From Neoechinorhynchus agilis (lineage: Eukaryota > Animalia > Acanthocephala), in assembly GCA_051530055.1 (NCBI GenBank), contig CM121341.1, positions 5,744,784-5,808,783 on the forward strand: a stretch of DNA of 64,000 bases, given 5' to 3'. The notes below the pieces were generated by a model, which saw only the letters and a program-made list of their open reading frames with translations, did no database searches and was not told the DNA's origin. Below, in pieces: positions 24,150 to 37,427 of the stretch. Within the stretch, counting starts at the first letter, position 1. Each line of letters starts with the position of its first letter. A program made the translations under genes and the position numbers.

Positions 24150-27100
24150 ATGCTTCGCGTGTTCTCAAAAGCCTTTCTCTACATGAGCCGATTTATTGAA
24201 ATCCATCAATTCCACTGTTTTATGCTATTAATAATTGGATTTGTCGCAATCGAACAGGTAGGCGCCGCACTTTGTAGTATAGCTAAACTCCCAACCTGCA
24301 TCTTTGAAGAGGATTTCGTTCATTGGTCTTTTTTATTGCCTACTTTTATTCTCAATGTTTCCAGTGCTTATGTGCTCAAAGAAATTCTCTTTGATTGTGC
24401 CTTCGATTTTAATCGTCAGTATGATCACGATCTTACGAGCTGTCTGGAGGATTTCCACGTCTCGTAAACAAATCATCAATTCGATTTGCCGAAACGCTGA
24501 GCGATTTGCGAACCAGTCAGATTGTATAGCGTTCAAGGGTCGATACGCGAGCCCTAGCGTAATTGAAGTTATTCGATGGTTTGGTCTGTACGACGATGCT
24601 AAGATTGGTTTAATCATCGGAGTGAGTGATTTTTTCTTATAAAAGGTATTCTCAATCTCTTTCGTAAATTTAGCCTCCAATAATGCTGACTATTACGATT
24701 GGACTCCTGTCTCTGCTAAATATCTACATGAACAACTACCGCCGTAAATTTACCAAATCGGTTTTCGGAAATTCAGAGGATGCGTGGCGCTATGCAAAAC
24801 CAACAATTCCAATAATTTTCCCTCCTTTCTCCATAATAAACCCTGTTACCAAATCAGAATATATCCCATCTTTGTCTTGCTATGTTAGCCATGATTCTGG
24901 AACAAAGCCGTTTCTCAAGTACATGTTTAACTTTTTCTTCTATAGATACGGACTTGAAGTAAGTATTTTCGGATCACCAAGAAAAATCTTCGGTACTTCT
25001 TCTTAGTTCCTGATGGGATCATTCATAGTTGCAGCCGCCATTCGATTAGATCTCGTTGGACTCACTTATATACTTTTGACAGCAATCATCGCAATGACCA
25101 ACAGAAGGCTTTTGTCCACAATATGGCCAATAATTCCGTTCACAATGATACTACTAATCCTATTTGAAATAAGCTTTAGCCTAATCTACTCAATGTTCGA
25201 CTTGCTGAGGTTTCCTGAGGATTTGCACAAGCCAGGCAAAGCTTCATTTATGCTAGCTGCCAACCCAAAAACAATCGCGGGTGAGAATTTGCCTTCAATT
25301 TTTCGAGGAAGTATACTCTATTGGCCTTTATTTTTAAATAATTTTGCACATGATAACGTTCAGCAAAATATTTGGAATGAGGAACATCCCAAACGTGATT
25401 TTTTATAAGTACTGAAATTCGATAATTCTAAAGTGTATTTCATCGAGAAAACGTAGACGATGCTGCTCCTTTTAATTCGATAGCAGATAACAGAATTTTA
25501 AAATCGTGACTTCGCAGTTAGATAATTTTTGTTATGAAAATCTGAGTCGCAATATTGTATCGGCACTTCTCTCTCCGTATAGTGGATTGTTTGATTCTTG
25601 TGATCAGTGCATGTCATTTTGAAGTATTCAAAATTGAGAGAAATCACGTCATGGTAGTGCATGGTGGAGACAATTACGAGATGCCATTTATGAGCCATCA
25701 GGAAATAGTGGAATGTTTTGATTTTACAGAATCTTTAAGGTACGTGACATTTCTTCGTAATAATGAAGTTATATTTCAAAAAAAAGGAATTGTCTGGATG
25801 CCCTGAAACGAATCGTGTACTACCATGGCATAATAATCAGCGTTTTCATGCTGTATTTGGCTGCAACGAGTAACGTTGATCCTGTCGGACTCATTTATCT
25901 CTTTATGAGTTTCCATCTTCTATACAAAGGTAACGACCTCTTGCTCACTCGAAGAAAGCGGATTTTTCGAGTTTGGAATTCTGTGATCATCGTCTGTTAC
26001 CTTATCATGACCTTGCGCATTTCACTTCATGTAAGTGTAACCGAAACTTTCTCCTCAACCAGATTTCGTCCTTACATATCAATTCAGATGATATCTTGCT
26101 CCTATAAGAAATGCTGGTTAAATAATCTCTTCGGGAGTAAATGTTTTCTCAATAACACTGTGAAGTGTATGGGTATTTAAGTTTTGCAAAATCACCACAT
26201 TTGTTTCTATTCACTCTTTTTTTTGAGACTTGCATTCATGTGGCAACTATGAACCTCACACAATGTCGACCGATTGTATTTGTCTTATTTTTCTCTTATT
26301 GCAAAGGCGTGTATTTAAGAGTAGATCTTTCGGTCATGTGCTCAATGACCTTCATGTTACATCAACTCTAAGTGCTGAAGGAGCTAAAATTTATAGTCAG
26401 ATATTGGCCGAGGAAAGGAGAAAAAGCATTGTTGCCGAAGAGCAAGAGATGAATAAAATCAGTAAAAGTATAGACAGAATCAAACTTGAACAGGCAGATC
26501 TTCTCAATCGTATTACCCAGCAACGTTATCACCATCGAGGTCAGAAAAATTTGTACATGTTAGAGAAGCATTCGTTCAAAAAAGAGCTTTTTTCATACCC
26601 TAAATTACTCTTAAAAGAAATTGTTCCATAATGGTGATAGATTTGTGAATTTAGCTATTCGATCATGGAATCGCGCAATGTTTCAGTTTTCTGGTGAAAC
26701 AATCGCTCGAATTCCTAGTTCGTGTATGTTGCATCTCATTAATGTTCACTTCTTCTTTTTTAAACTCTTTGAATAGTAGCCGAAAATGACGATGATGATT
26801 GCGATGATTATTATTCCATTGATAACGAATTAGTTAAAGGAAATTATAAATTTATCTTAGACAGTATTTGGGAATCGAGTGGTGAAGTCGAAGGTTCTTC
26901 GTTGCTTTTAATTCCAATATCAAATACCGAACTTTAGTTCCGCTCGTTTCTTTGATGTTTAAACGATTAAAAACCTTGCTAAAATGGCTTTCAATGAACA
27001 CAATAAAGCAACTAAAGAAACGTGCCTGTAAAATTCGTCAAGTAAATAAGCAAATATCCAGTAAAAAGTCATATCTGAAATGTGTTGGAGAGAATTCGTT

Positions 27101-30100
27101 AGCTCAACCAAGTAATTGCCTCAGATTTGCGGTACAACGGAAAAAACAATCAGTCATTGAAGATTTGTTCACAAGCATTTACTTATTTATCGCTGCCAAT
27201 TCCGCGGACGTGTGTTATGCCTTGATGATTCTTTGCCATGCAATATCTGGAACTGTATTCTCATTGATTTTATCTCTTTCCGCAATTTTGTGGGGAATGC
27301 TTTGCGTTCCGCGTCCACCAAGTATATACTGGAAATTGGCTATTGGTTATACTGAGGTATTTTGATCAATTTTAAATATAGTCATCAATAAGTTCGCAGG
27401 CAATGATTTGTGCCAAATATATTTTGGTCTTCATCTCGAGACAACTTAGCAATACAAATTGGTTTATTTTGAATACATTAAAGCCTTTTTCACTCGGATC
27501 CATACTGGGAGTCAGGCCGACTAACACAGGTTGTTGTTTTTTTTGAATTTAAATACGATAATGCCTTTGATATTAAGGAATGTGGGAATCATTTAATTTC
27601 ATGGATATTCTATTGTTAGTTGCTTTATCCTTTCATAAGAGCATGTTAAAGGTATGCCTAAAATTTCCGCAATGACCTCGTTCCGAAATTCTTTTTTACA
27701 AAACAGAATCTCAATTTATTCAATAATGATAATTTGAATGGTTCTGCATTTACTACATCTCACGAGACAATACAAAATGAAGAACAGCGGACAATAAAGT
27801 CTGTATATGAGCGTCTAAGGTACATTTTCGATATGTTTAAAAGAGTTTTAATGTTTGAGTTTTGTAGGAAATCGATTCTGAAGACATTTAACCCCACCAA
27901 CGATCGCCTTCCGGTACGCGACTACTACACTAGCATGTTCTACGTGGATATAATTTCGATAATTATTCTAATGATGTTTTACACGAGTTTCGGTGATACA
28001 TCTCGAAAAGACGCAATCACGTCGTTAAAGGAGAACAAAGTCCCACTTGCACTTTTACTCCTTCTCTTGTGCCAGTTCGCTTTTATTGTCACAGACCGAG
28101 TGCTTTATTTGAGGAAACTAGTCGCAGCCAAAATAATGTTTCATACAATTCAAGTTGCCCTCGTCCATGTCTGTATATTCTTCATCCTTCCTTGGCTTAA
28201 AAATAGGTATTTTCCTATTAATGTGCGATTAATGAAGCTTTTATTGTGAACGTTTAGACGAGTGACAGAAATAATCCCGGCTCAACTTCTGTACATTGTC
28301 AAATGCGTCTATTTCGCATTGTCAGCTAAACAAATCAAATGTGGATATCCTGCACTTACTGTTGGATCAATGCTGTCAAATTCATATACTCGCCTCAATC
28401 TTTATTCATTCAAAATTATGCTCTTGATTCCGTTTATGTTTGAATTACGGTCTCTATTCGGATGGCTTTCGACTGAAACCTGCCTCAACATAACGCATTG
28501 GTTGCATTTGGAGGATATGTACTCAAATGTCTATCAACTTAAATGCTGGAGAGAGATCGAAAACAGCCATCCAACTCCACAAGGAAAAAAGTATAGGTTT
28601 TTGGACAAAGTTATGATGGGTGGCTCAAGCATTGTTCTTATTCTTTTGATTCTCTGGTCTCCACTTTTGTTATTTTCACTATCGAAAGCGCTTTTCAAGT
28701 CAAATCCACCTTCACAAATTGAAGTCACGCTCAGATTTGATACATATCCGGTAAGAAATTTTCTCTGTGAAAAATAAGAATCAACTTGTATCACATGTAG
28801 CCCATTTTCAGTACTTACATAGATGAACGACTGGTGAGTAGGATGAGCATCGATGAGTACAACGATCTTCGAGGCAAATATGCAGGCAATAAGGTTTGTC
28901 CAAAATGCTTTATATGCCCACGTAGTGAGATCCAGAGTACCTCAAGTTAGTCCGAAAAATCTTGTTTTGTTTTTATGGGATCCATTTAAGGTCGATAAGC
29001 TTAAGCTTAGTTGCTTGATTTTCCTTATACCTGAGGTGAATTCCAGAAATCACTGCTTCTTAATTTGAATGCGGAGTTCGTTCAAAAACAAGGAAGCAAA
29101 GATTTTGGGAAGCTCTGGTTCTCACGAAAAGGACTAAATGCGAGAATTATCACCATGCATTTGCTAGCTCGCCCTTGAATTTCTACGCGAATTTAAGCCG
29201 ACGGACTTGTCGTACATCCGAATACCTGTAAATTCGACCAACCAATGGTCCATTTCACCTACAGCACTTCAAAACCTCAAAGCAGATCTGACATCGAAAG
29301 GAAGTCGAATTGAGTTTGAGTGTATAATGTCAAGTAAAAAAATAGGCGGTGGTATTTCCAAATGGCAGACGGTTCGCATAACGAAGTCTACTTATATTGG
29401 AAACGGAACCAACGGTCAAGAGCTTCAAACGGCATTGAACGGATTAAATGGGACTCAAGTGTTTGTGTCCTTATACACATCATTGTTTTGAATTTCGATT
29501 TAGGACAATTCCGGAAATGTATCCGTCTTTTATTTATGTGAAAGGAAATCAAGAAGCCGTGGAGGTAGACGCCTTTAAAAGTAGTAAGTGCTCTGTATCT
29601 TTGTTCTATCACGAACATCCTTATCCTGATCGCCTATTTTTGCCCATAAGACTTAATAAAAACTCATGGATTTCTCCTTTTTCGACCACCGCATTTTTAT
29701 TCGACTCACAACGATCCTCTGTAGACGGAAAGGCGTACTATAGAAACCTCACATTTCTACTCAATAATGATCAAAAGTCCATATTTTGGTCAATCGCAGG
29801 AGGTTCGTCTGCTGAATTATCGTCACTTTTAATCATTTGACCACAGACTTTAGCTTTATTGTGTTTTCTGATCGTATATCGCCAGATAGCATTTCGTTTG
29901 TAGCAAAATACGGGTAAGGCAAAAAACAACTATAATTCGCCAATCAGAAAATCTATTTTTTTATAGAATTTTCGGAATATACACGACATTTGTGTTTGTT
30001 GTCGGTCGTGTGATCCGATCGTTTACCCAAGTATCAACCAAGATAATGTTCCAGGAGCTCCCCAATGTTGACAGACTGCTCCATCTTATTTTGGATATAT

Positions 30101-30213
30101 TTATGGTCAGGCAAAGAAAAATGTTTGACTACGAGGAACTTCTATACTCAAAACTTCTATTCCTTTATCGATCACCAGAAGCTTTAATCGATTTTACCGA
30201 AGAACCCAATTGA
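24150..30213 (+). CDS. PIEZO: Piezo mechanosensitive channel (~23 exons, ~1,400 aa reconstructed; true 5' end uncertain)
   Basis: KYMFNFFFYRYGLE, FLLLQRRVFKS + beam, LWGMLCVPRPPSIYW, DRVLYLRK, IPFMFELRSLFGW, FIVFSDRISP and ELLYSKLLFLYRSPE motifs. Introns are GT-AG. Confidence 0.95.
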
Positions 30214-30949
30214 AACACATATTGTTTACGCGCGGTTGATTTGTATCATTGATACTGATTTTCAGCAGTAAATGCCCGATCGTTACTCCTTCTCAGTATA
30301 GATAACTGAAATGCAAATTGACGAGCGATCTATTAAGCTACCGGAACGATCATAATGCCAGTTTTGCTGAAAGCAGTATAAGTTAACATTTTGACTCTCG
30401 TCGCTCAAAATGTGTACTTTATTTTTATTACTGGTTATATGTAATATTTTCGCTTTTTTATTTTTAACCTTCTTTTAATTCCTTGGGATTTTAGAGCAAT
30501 GTACATGGGTTTCGTTGACTTTGGACGAAAACGCACTTCCCAACTCTCAAAGGACTTGAAACATGCGGTATCTGTTAGCCGTTCGGAACAAAACTCTAGC
30601 ATTTGTTTTATATTGTCCACAGGAAAGACCGAGTTCATCCACAGCACTCCCTGAGGTTCCTCTAAAAGTGATTTTATTGGAAGTTAACACATTACTCAAT
30701 CCGCGGCTCACTGCAATGTTCAATGAACTGAGAGTCACCAAATGTGTTGAACATAGCTGAACGACGTATAAGAGGTATTTTCTTGTTACTCAACCGGAAA
30801 CTCCTATAATCTTTAAATGATTCAACTCCTCTAAGAAGGAGGCGTTTTTCTTTTAAATTCCTACATGTTATTCATGTGTTCTTACACCTCCTATTTTTTA
30901 TCCATAAATCCACCCACCCACATCAAATCTACACTGTTTGCTAAAAACC

Positions 30950-32914
30950 ATGAATGACAAGTTAACAAACACTGATGGAAAGATGGAACCAATGTCACCG
31001 GAAATATCTGAGCCGGTAAACCATGGACAAAAAAAGGTTATATGAGATTATTACCCTTGACCTAACAACCTCCTAGATATCTTCTTGTAAATTCGCGGAG
31101 CCATTTCTGTTCCTTGTGATATTTTCTTTATCGATTCAAAGTTTCTGCTATCAATCTATCATGCTTTCGGCAGCATGCAAATTCAACTTTAACAAAAGCA
31201 TTTGTGATGGAATGGAGAAACGAAGTATCTTTTTAACTGAAGTAGATGAGCAAGCTCAGATTACTACGGCAACGTGGAGTCTAATTGCGAATGTTGGCTT
31301 TGCCATCCTAAGTGCCATTTCTGCCAAACTCATAGGAAAATGTACTGATTATAGGTTCAACAAGAGAAATGCTCTCTCAATGATGTCTTTTGGCGCAACG
31401 GTCTGCTCAGTCAATCTCACAGCAGCAAATCATATACCAATGAAAGTTGGCTCGTACATTCTGCCGATATTTTTGATCTTACAGGCTTATGCTACAGGAA
31501 TGTTCGCCAGTCTTTTCATTGTTCTATCAACAACTAATGCATACCTTGCTGCTGTCCTAACTCCCGATGATAACCGGACGCTTCGTTACTCGTATCTTCA
31601 AATCGCTTATTTTACAGCTCAAGTGGTCGCTCCGTGGACGTCGGGAATTATAATTAATTACTTCAGCAAAACAGTAGCATTGTGTCTGTCTACAATTTGT
31701 GGCTTTTTGGGATTTACGACGATTATCGATTTCAGTTAAAAACTCAGTCCTAAACGGTCTTTAATTTGACCACTAACCCTTTTCTGTAGCGACTACGATT
31801 TCGACCACATTGCAATTTTAACTCTACTGTCGAACACCACAAATCCAGATTTATTCAGCTTAGATATGTTGATCCGTTCAGTGTGAACCATCCTGTCTTA
31901 AGAGAACTATAAGATCATCAATCTCTTAATTGGTTTTTCGCCCTAGTCCCTAGAATAAAGGACCTTTTTTTACAGGGAGCCAGGATCCGCTTTGATACAT
32001 CAGTCTCACTAAAATCGAAAATCATCGTTCATTTACACCGTAATATTTCTACAAAAAGCACCTATTCTCCACAAAACACCGGAAAATCGAGTGAACGTAG
32101 ATAGAATTAAATCAAACATAATCCATCGCCGCCACATCGGTGTTCGGATCCTGATAGCATCATCAGGACTTATCACATTCGCCTACAGTGGATCATTAAC
32201 TTTTATCTATCTTCATCTAAGGAGAAAACCGTTTTCGTTCACGGACATGCAAGCCGGTCGATACTTGTCGACCCTCCAACTTATCCAGAGTATTGGCCTA
32301 ATGGTTGCAATGCCAATGTTCATAAAAAAGTTCCAGATGAAGAATATTACACTCGTCATTATTGGAATGATTTGCAAATTATCGTATTTTCTGGTATTGG
32401 GGTTCGCTCGAAGTAGCCTCGTGCTCTATTCAGGTAATGTTTTTTGAAAAAGTTCAACTAATTTGTTGATTTTCGATAAAACTAAAGCTCTTTGTGTAAC
32501 GATATTCCTATGTATTGACGCTCCGTCAATTCATTCCATGCTTGTGTCTCTCATCGAACAACATGAACACGGTTAGCAACGATAATGAAAATCGTTGATC
32601 TCATCCTTTTAGGCGAGGTGTTCGGAATTCAGAGTGCATTTCAGTCGACGGGATATCTGCTCAGTCAACTCGTATTACAACCCATTTATAAAGTAAGCGT
32701 AAAGACACGATTCCCTGGCTCTGTCTTTATTTTCTGCTCTGGAATTGTTGGAATCGCTGTACTCGTGATCTGGTCGGTTTTCCCCAAAGCACTTTGCAAT
32801 TTCTCGAAAATCGGCTTTAGTGTGTCGACAATTGGGAAAGTATTTATCAAAGACGCTAATACCAATAGAAAATCAAAGAAATCACGAAACCTTGTTGATT
32901 CTCCAGCGCTGTAA
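30950..32914 (+). CDS. MFS transporter, SLC46/PCFT-like, copy 1
   Basis: FAEPFLFL...C..C, AYLAAVLTPDDNRTLRYSYLQ, YLHLRRKPFSFT and EHGEVFGI motifs with 12-TM hydropathy. Central-loop exons are unresolved. Confidence 0.82.
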
Positions 32915-34373
32915 ATAAACACATACCTTTTTTTGTAAGCTTAACAGTTTTGTCCGAGCCTACTAATATCAACCGAAAAAACATCTTATCTAAGCGAATT
33001 TATGAAATATCTCGTTATTTCACTGGTGCGACGATAATCTTTCCAGTTCAGTAAAACACCACAAACGTAGTTTTTTATTGATTTCAAGTAATTCAAAAAT
33101 CCAATTTGGCCGATATTGGACATCCACAATTGGCTGCTAAATCGTTCTTTGTCCTTCGTTTCAATGTGGTATATTAACTATTTTAAAGGAAGTGTATTTG
33201 ATATTTTTTTTCGAGTAACATACTTCGGTCCTCGATTTACTAATTACGAATTATAGATTCGATTCTACCAGTGGCAAAATGGCGATGATAGCACGAAGCG
33301 GATAATTTTCATTGCACTATTTCGATACTCATTTTGGAGGGCAACCTTCTTGTAGAAGCGAAATAGCGCAAAATCTTTTGTTTGTCATTATAAATGGGAG
33401 CAAACAAATGGAATCTCTGGTTGAATATCTATGATTCCGCCGGTATGTAAGGACGAATTTAAAAAAACGAAGAGATAAGCGACAGTGTCATAAAAATGAA
33501 GTTTGTCACGATGATGAGTAATATCTTTAATGTGTATCCTTTTGTACGTCTTCCTTATGAACTCGAACAAGACGGCATCTTGATGACCACATATTTAAAG
33601 TGTTTTGAGTTCCCTTTCTTTAAAGACCTCTTCATAAATCCAATATGTTGATTATCTAGTAGTTTTATTCAAAATGAAAGCCAAACCTCTTTCCTTTAAC
33701 CAGTGTAAAATACCGACATTGCTACTAATTTACGGTATTTTTATCAAGAAACTTCGATTATTGTCACGTACATTTGCTCGCACAATCTCTCCTCTAAATG
33801 ATAAGAAAAAGTGCTGCCTTTTGCGTCGATGATAAACATTTTTATATCGCTAAAGAAATACGGATTTCTTATTTGTAACATTCCTTCAGTATAAATTATC
33901 ATTTTTGATCTCTCCCCCCCCCCAAAAAAAATATTCATCCATAAAAGCAGTTTAATCGAGATTCTCATGAAACAGGCAGCAGCAGCAGTCGAATAATGAA
34001 ACGATGTATTTTTCTACTTGTTAAATGAGTATTCAAGCAACAGACTTTTTAAAAAGGAGATCATGGAAATCGTGATATAGACATTCTTTTAACGTTTCGG
34101 ATGTTTGTTTATAGCGTAAAAAAATTATCCGACTGTTTTCGGCACAATCTCGTGCCTTTTGTGACAAGGTTGGTTCTAAACTACTAAAATTCCTTTACAG
34201 TATCTTTTTTGTGTTTTCGGTCTACATTTGAGGTTATTTGACTCTATAAGACTAAACAGAGTTTAAAACTTTCCAGCTCTTAGTTTTCTTATTAGACGAC
34301 GATCGTCGAAATCGGCACTCATATACGCAACAGCTTGAACAGGGCCTTTGAACGTGTTCACATCATTACGTGA

Positions 34374-36895
34374 ATGTATTCGTTGACCAAGCCTGAAAGG
34401 ACAAGCATTGATTTGGCTACTGCCGACGACGACGACGAAGATAGACCGGCCAAAATATCATCTACAACATTAAAACCTAAAAAAACGAGACTTAAGGTTC
34501 CAAAAAAGGTATTTTATTCGAGAGACCCCGATTTGCGCAACTTTTAAGCATAAACGAACTTTAAGAAACCATTGAAACTAGCAGAACCATTTCACTTCCT
34601 TGTCACATTCTCAATTACAATTCAAATCTTCTGTTGTCAATCAATCCAAATAAACACAGCGTGCAAATTTCACTTCAATGGATCAGTGTGCGATGCGATG
34701 AACAAACAAAATGATTTCTCAAAGGAGGTTGAAGAGCAAGCCCAAATGACAGCTGCGATGTGGAACATGATCGGAAATAGCGGATTCGCAATCTGCAGCA
34801 TTATATCTTCGAATGTTCTAGGACACTTGACAGATCGTCGACTTAGCAAAAGAACCGCATTATCCATGGTGGCGTTGGGATCAACCGTTTGCTCCTTGTA
34901 TCTCATCGTCGCTGACCATTTGTCAATGCATGTTGGATCTTATTTCCTACCTTCCGTTCTAATTCTTTATACTTCCCTTGCGGGAATGTTCGCCAGCACT
35001 TTTGTTGTTCTATCCACTGTGAACGCCTATCTAGCTGCTGTTTTGAATCCAAGCGATAATCGAACTCTAAGATTCGCTTATCTTCAAACAGTCTACTTTG
35101 CTGCTCAAATCATCGGCCCTTATACCGCCGGAACTATGATCAACCATTTCAGTAGAAGTTCAGCTCTATGTCTGTCAATGATTTCCGGACTTCTTGCATT
35201 TATATCATTGATTTTCGATTTACCAACCTATATTCACCAGAGGTTTGTCTCTCAAAACATGGAGTCTCTGATAATCCTTGTTTTCGCCTAAAAATTCATC
35301 TAGCCGATTTTTTTTGTAAACTTCTAGAAATAGGACTCGCAATCGCCATTCATGAAGAACGACCGAATTGCATAATTGTTTTTTTTGTAAAAATAATGGG
35401 AAACGTTCAACGGAGATGTGTATTTTTTTATTTCTTTTGACACCAGCAAATTGAACGCTTATGTGAGCTAATGAAGATAATATTTTTGTAATAGTGACCA
35501 TTTAAAAATAATGAATCGACTTGTTAACGAATGCTGGAAATCGATAATCCTGATTTACATATACAGTTGCTTTCCTTCAAAATACTCCAAACGTGTTGGA
35601 TAGAAGGGAAAAGCAGAGGAAGATGCTATTCGTAATTCATCCTAACACTGGTGTTCGAGTTCTCCTATTATCATGTTGTCTAATTACGATTGCTTATAGT
35701 GGAGCAACATCTTTCTCTTACCTCTACATCAGACGTAGACCTTTCTCGTTCACGGACATGCAAGCTGGTCGATTTTTATCGGCTTTTCAACTCGTTCAAA
35801 CCATTGGTCTATTAGCACTGATACCGATCTTCACCAAAAAACTTAAACTGAGGGATATCACGATGGTCTTTATTGGATTAACCGGTAAATTGATCTATTT
35901 CCTAGCTCTAGGATTAGCTCAGAACAGGATCATGTTGTACTCAGGTGAGTAAAAGAGAAATTGAGTTGGTTTTTATGGCTGTTTCCGAAGTAGACTGTTT
36001 TCGTTAGTATGCTTGCGAATCCTAAAGTAGAACGAAACCAATTCCCGTATGTTCAGCTGGTGCCGCCTGCCAAGAAATGTTTACAACAAATCGCCCCAAT
36101 TCATCATTGGGAAACAATATTTTCAGGTAAACCAAATTCCCTTAAAAGCGTTAGCCAGCTAGTCCTTAAAAGACATAGTTTTTGGATATTTCAAAAATCA
36201 GGCGATTGACATTTCGGATAGAGAATCGAATTCTGACGGAAACCGAGGTTGACCGAATTAGACACGATTTCGAGGTAATTCCCGTATGAAATTTGATATT
36301 ATTGAGAAAAGCTATGGTTTATACCCAGAATCCATTAACGGCTAATTTCATCTTCGTTTACGGACGACGCAAACTCTATATATTTGGATCAGCCATTTAA
36401 ACCCAGTCTCAAATCCCCTCTAACTTTCAACGAATAATCTTTGTTTAGCCTTAACCGCAACGTTGTTTCTATGCATCGACGGTGCATCGGTGCGTTCGAT
36501 TATAATATCTCTTGTTGAACCTCATGAACACGGTGAGTTTTCCTAATTTTTATCTTCTTATAAAGCGAATGCATCAATTAGGAGAAGTGTTTGGAATGCA
36601 AAGTTCATTTCAATCTTTGGGGTTCTTAATAAGTCAAATATGTCTTCAGCCGTTGTATAGAGCCAGTGTCAGATCGCGTTTACCTGGTTCAGTTTTTATT
36701 TTGAGTTCAGCGATAATCCTGATAACTATTCTTATGATTTCGTAAGTTTTTAAAAAACCGCCCACATTGTGCTCACGATATCCGTTTAGTATTTTTGCAA
36801 ACAAAGGAGTTTTCCGCCGGGAATCCCAAGAAAGGTATCACACTCAGGAGATTCAACCTAATGAATTCGATAACCTCGTTGGTACTCACGTGTAA
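34374..36895 (+). CDS. MFS transporter, SLC46/PCFT-like, copy 2 (tandem paralog)
   Basis: LAEPFHFL, AYLAAVLNPSDNRTLRFAYLQ, YLYIRRRPFSFTDMQAG. Several intron positions are shared with copy 1. Confidence 0.82.
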
Positions 36896-37427
36896 CAATA
36901 GAAAAAAAACTTATACAATCACTTTCTGAACAAGACGAATTGATCCTCAAATCTTCATTGACCACTTTTAGATGCCGTATCTCATAGTTCCGGCAAGTGC
37001 AATGCCGTATATTCAATCCGATGATGGTAGTTTTGTTTCGGGTGACGCTGAAAACTATCTTAACCCTTCTATGGCATTGGATTTCGACCGAAATCGGCAC
37101 GGAGAATTATTTGGACAATTTCATGGAATTATAACGACCACAATTTGAATTTTTCAGCGTGCTCTTTATTGAGCAATTTCGTTAAAAAAATTTTTAACTG
37201 TGAATCTGATATGTAAAGCCAAAAGAGTTCTTAAATTGGTTCTCTGAGTTGAACATATTTTCTACTCTCATGTAGCATCCTTCGATCTTCTTTAACCGGG
37301 ATTTTTAATTACTTTCAAAGTAATTTAGATTGTTACACAATTAAGTCTTAATAGAAATTATGATTGCTTCCCTACAAAAAATCCTCACATTGTAACCGAG
37401 ATCCTTTGTTCTAAGGAACCACCAGAG

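Noticed and set aside
33388-33968. Minus-strand ORF fragments between the MFS genes
   Set aside because: Broken by stops, and I recognise no motif; possibly a decayed element but unsupported.
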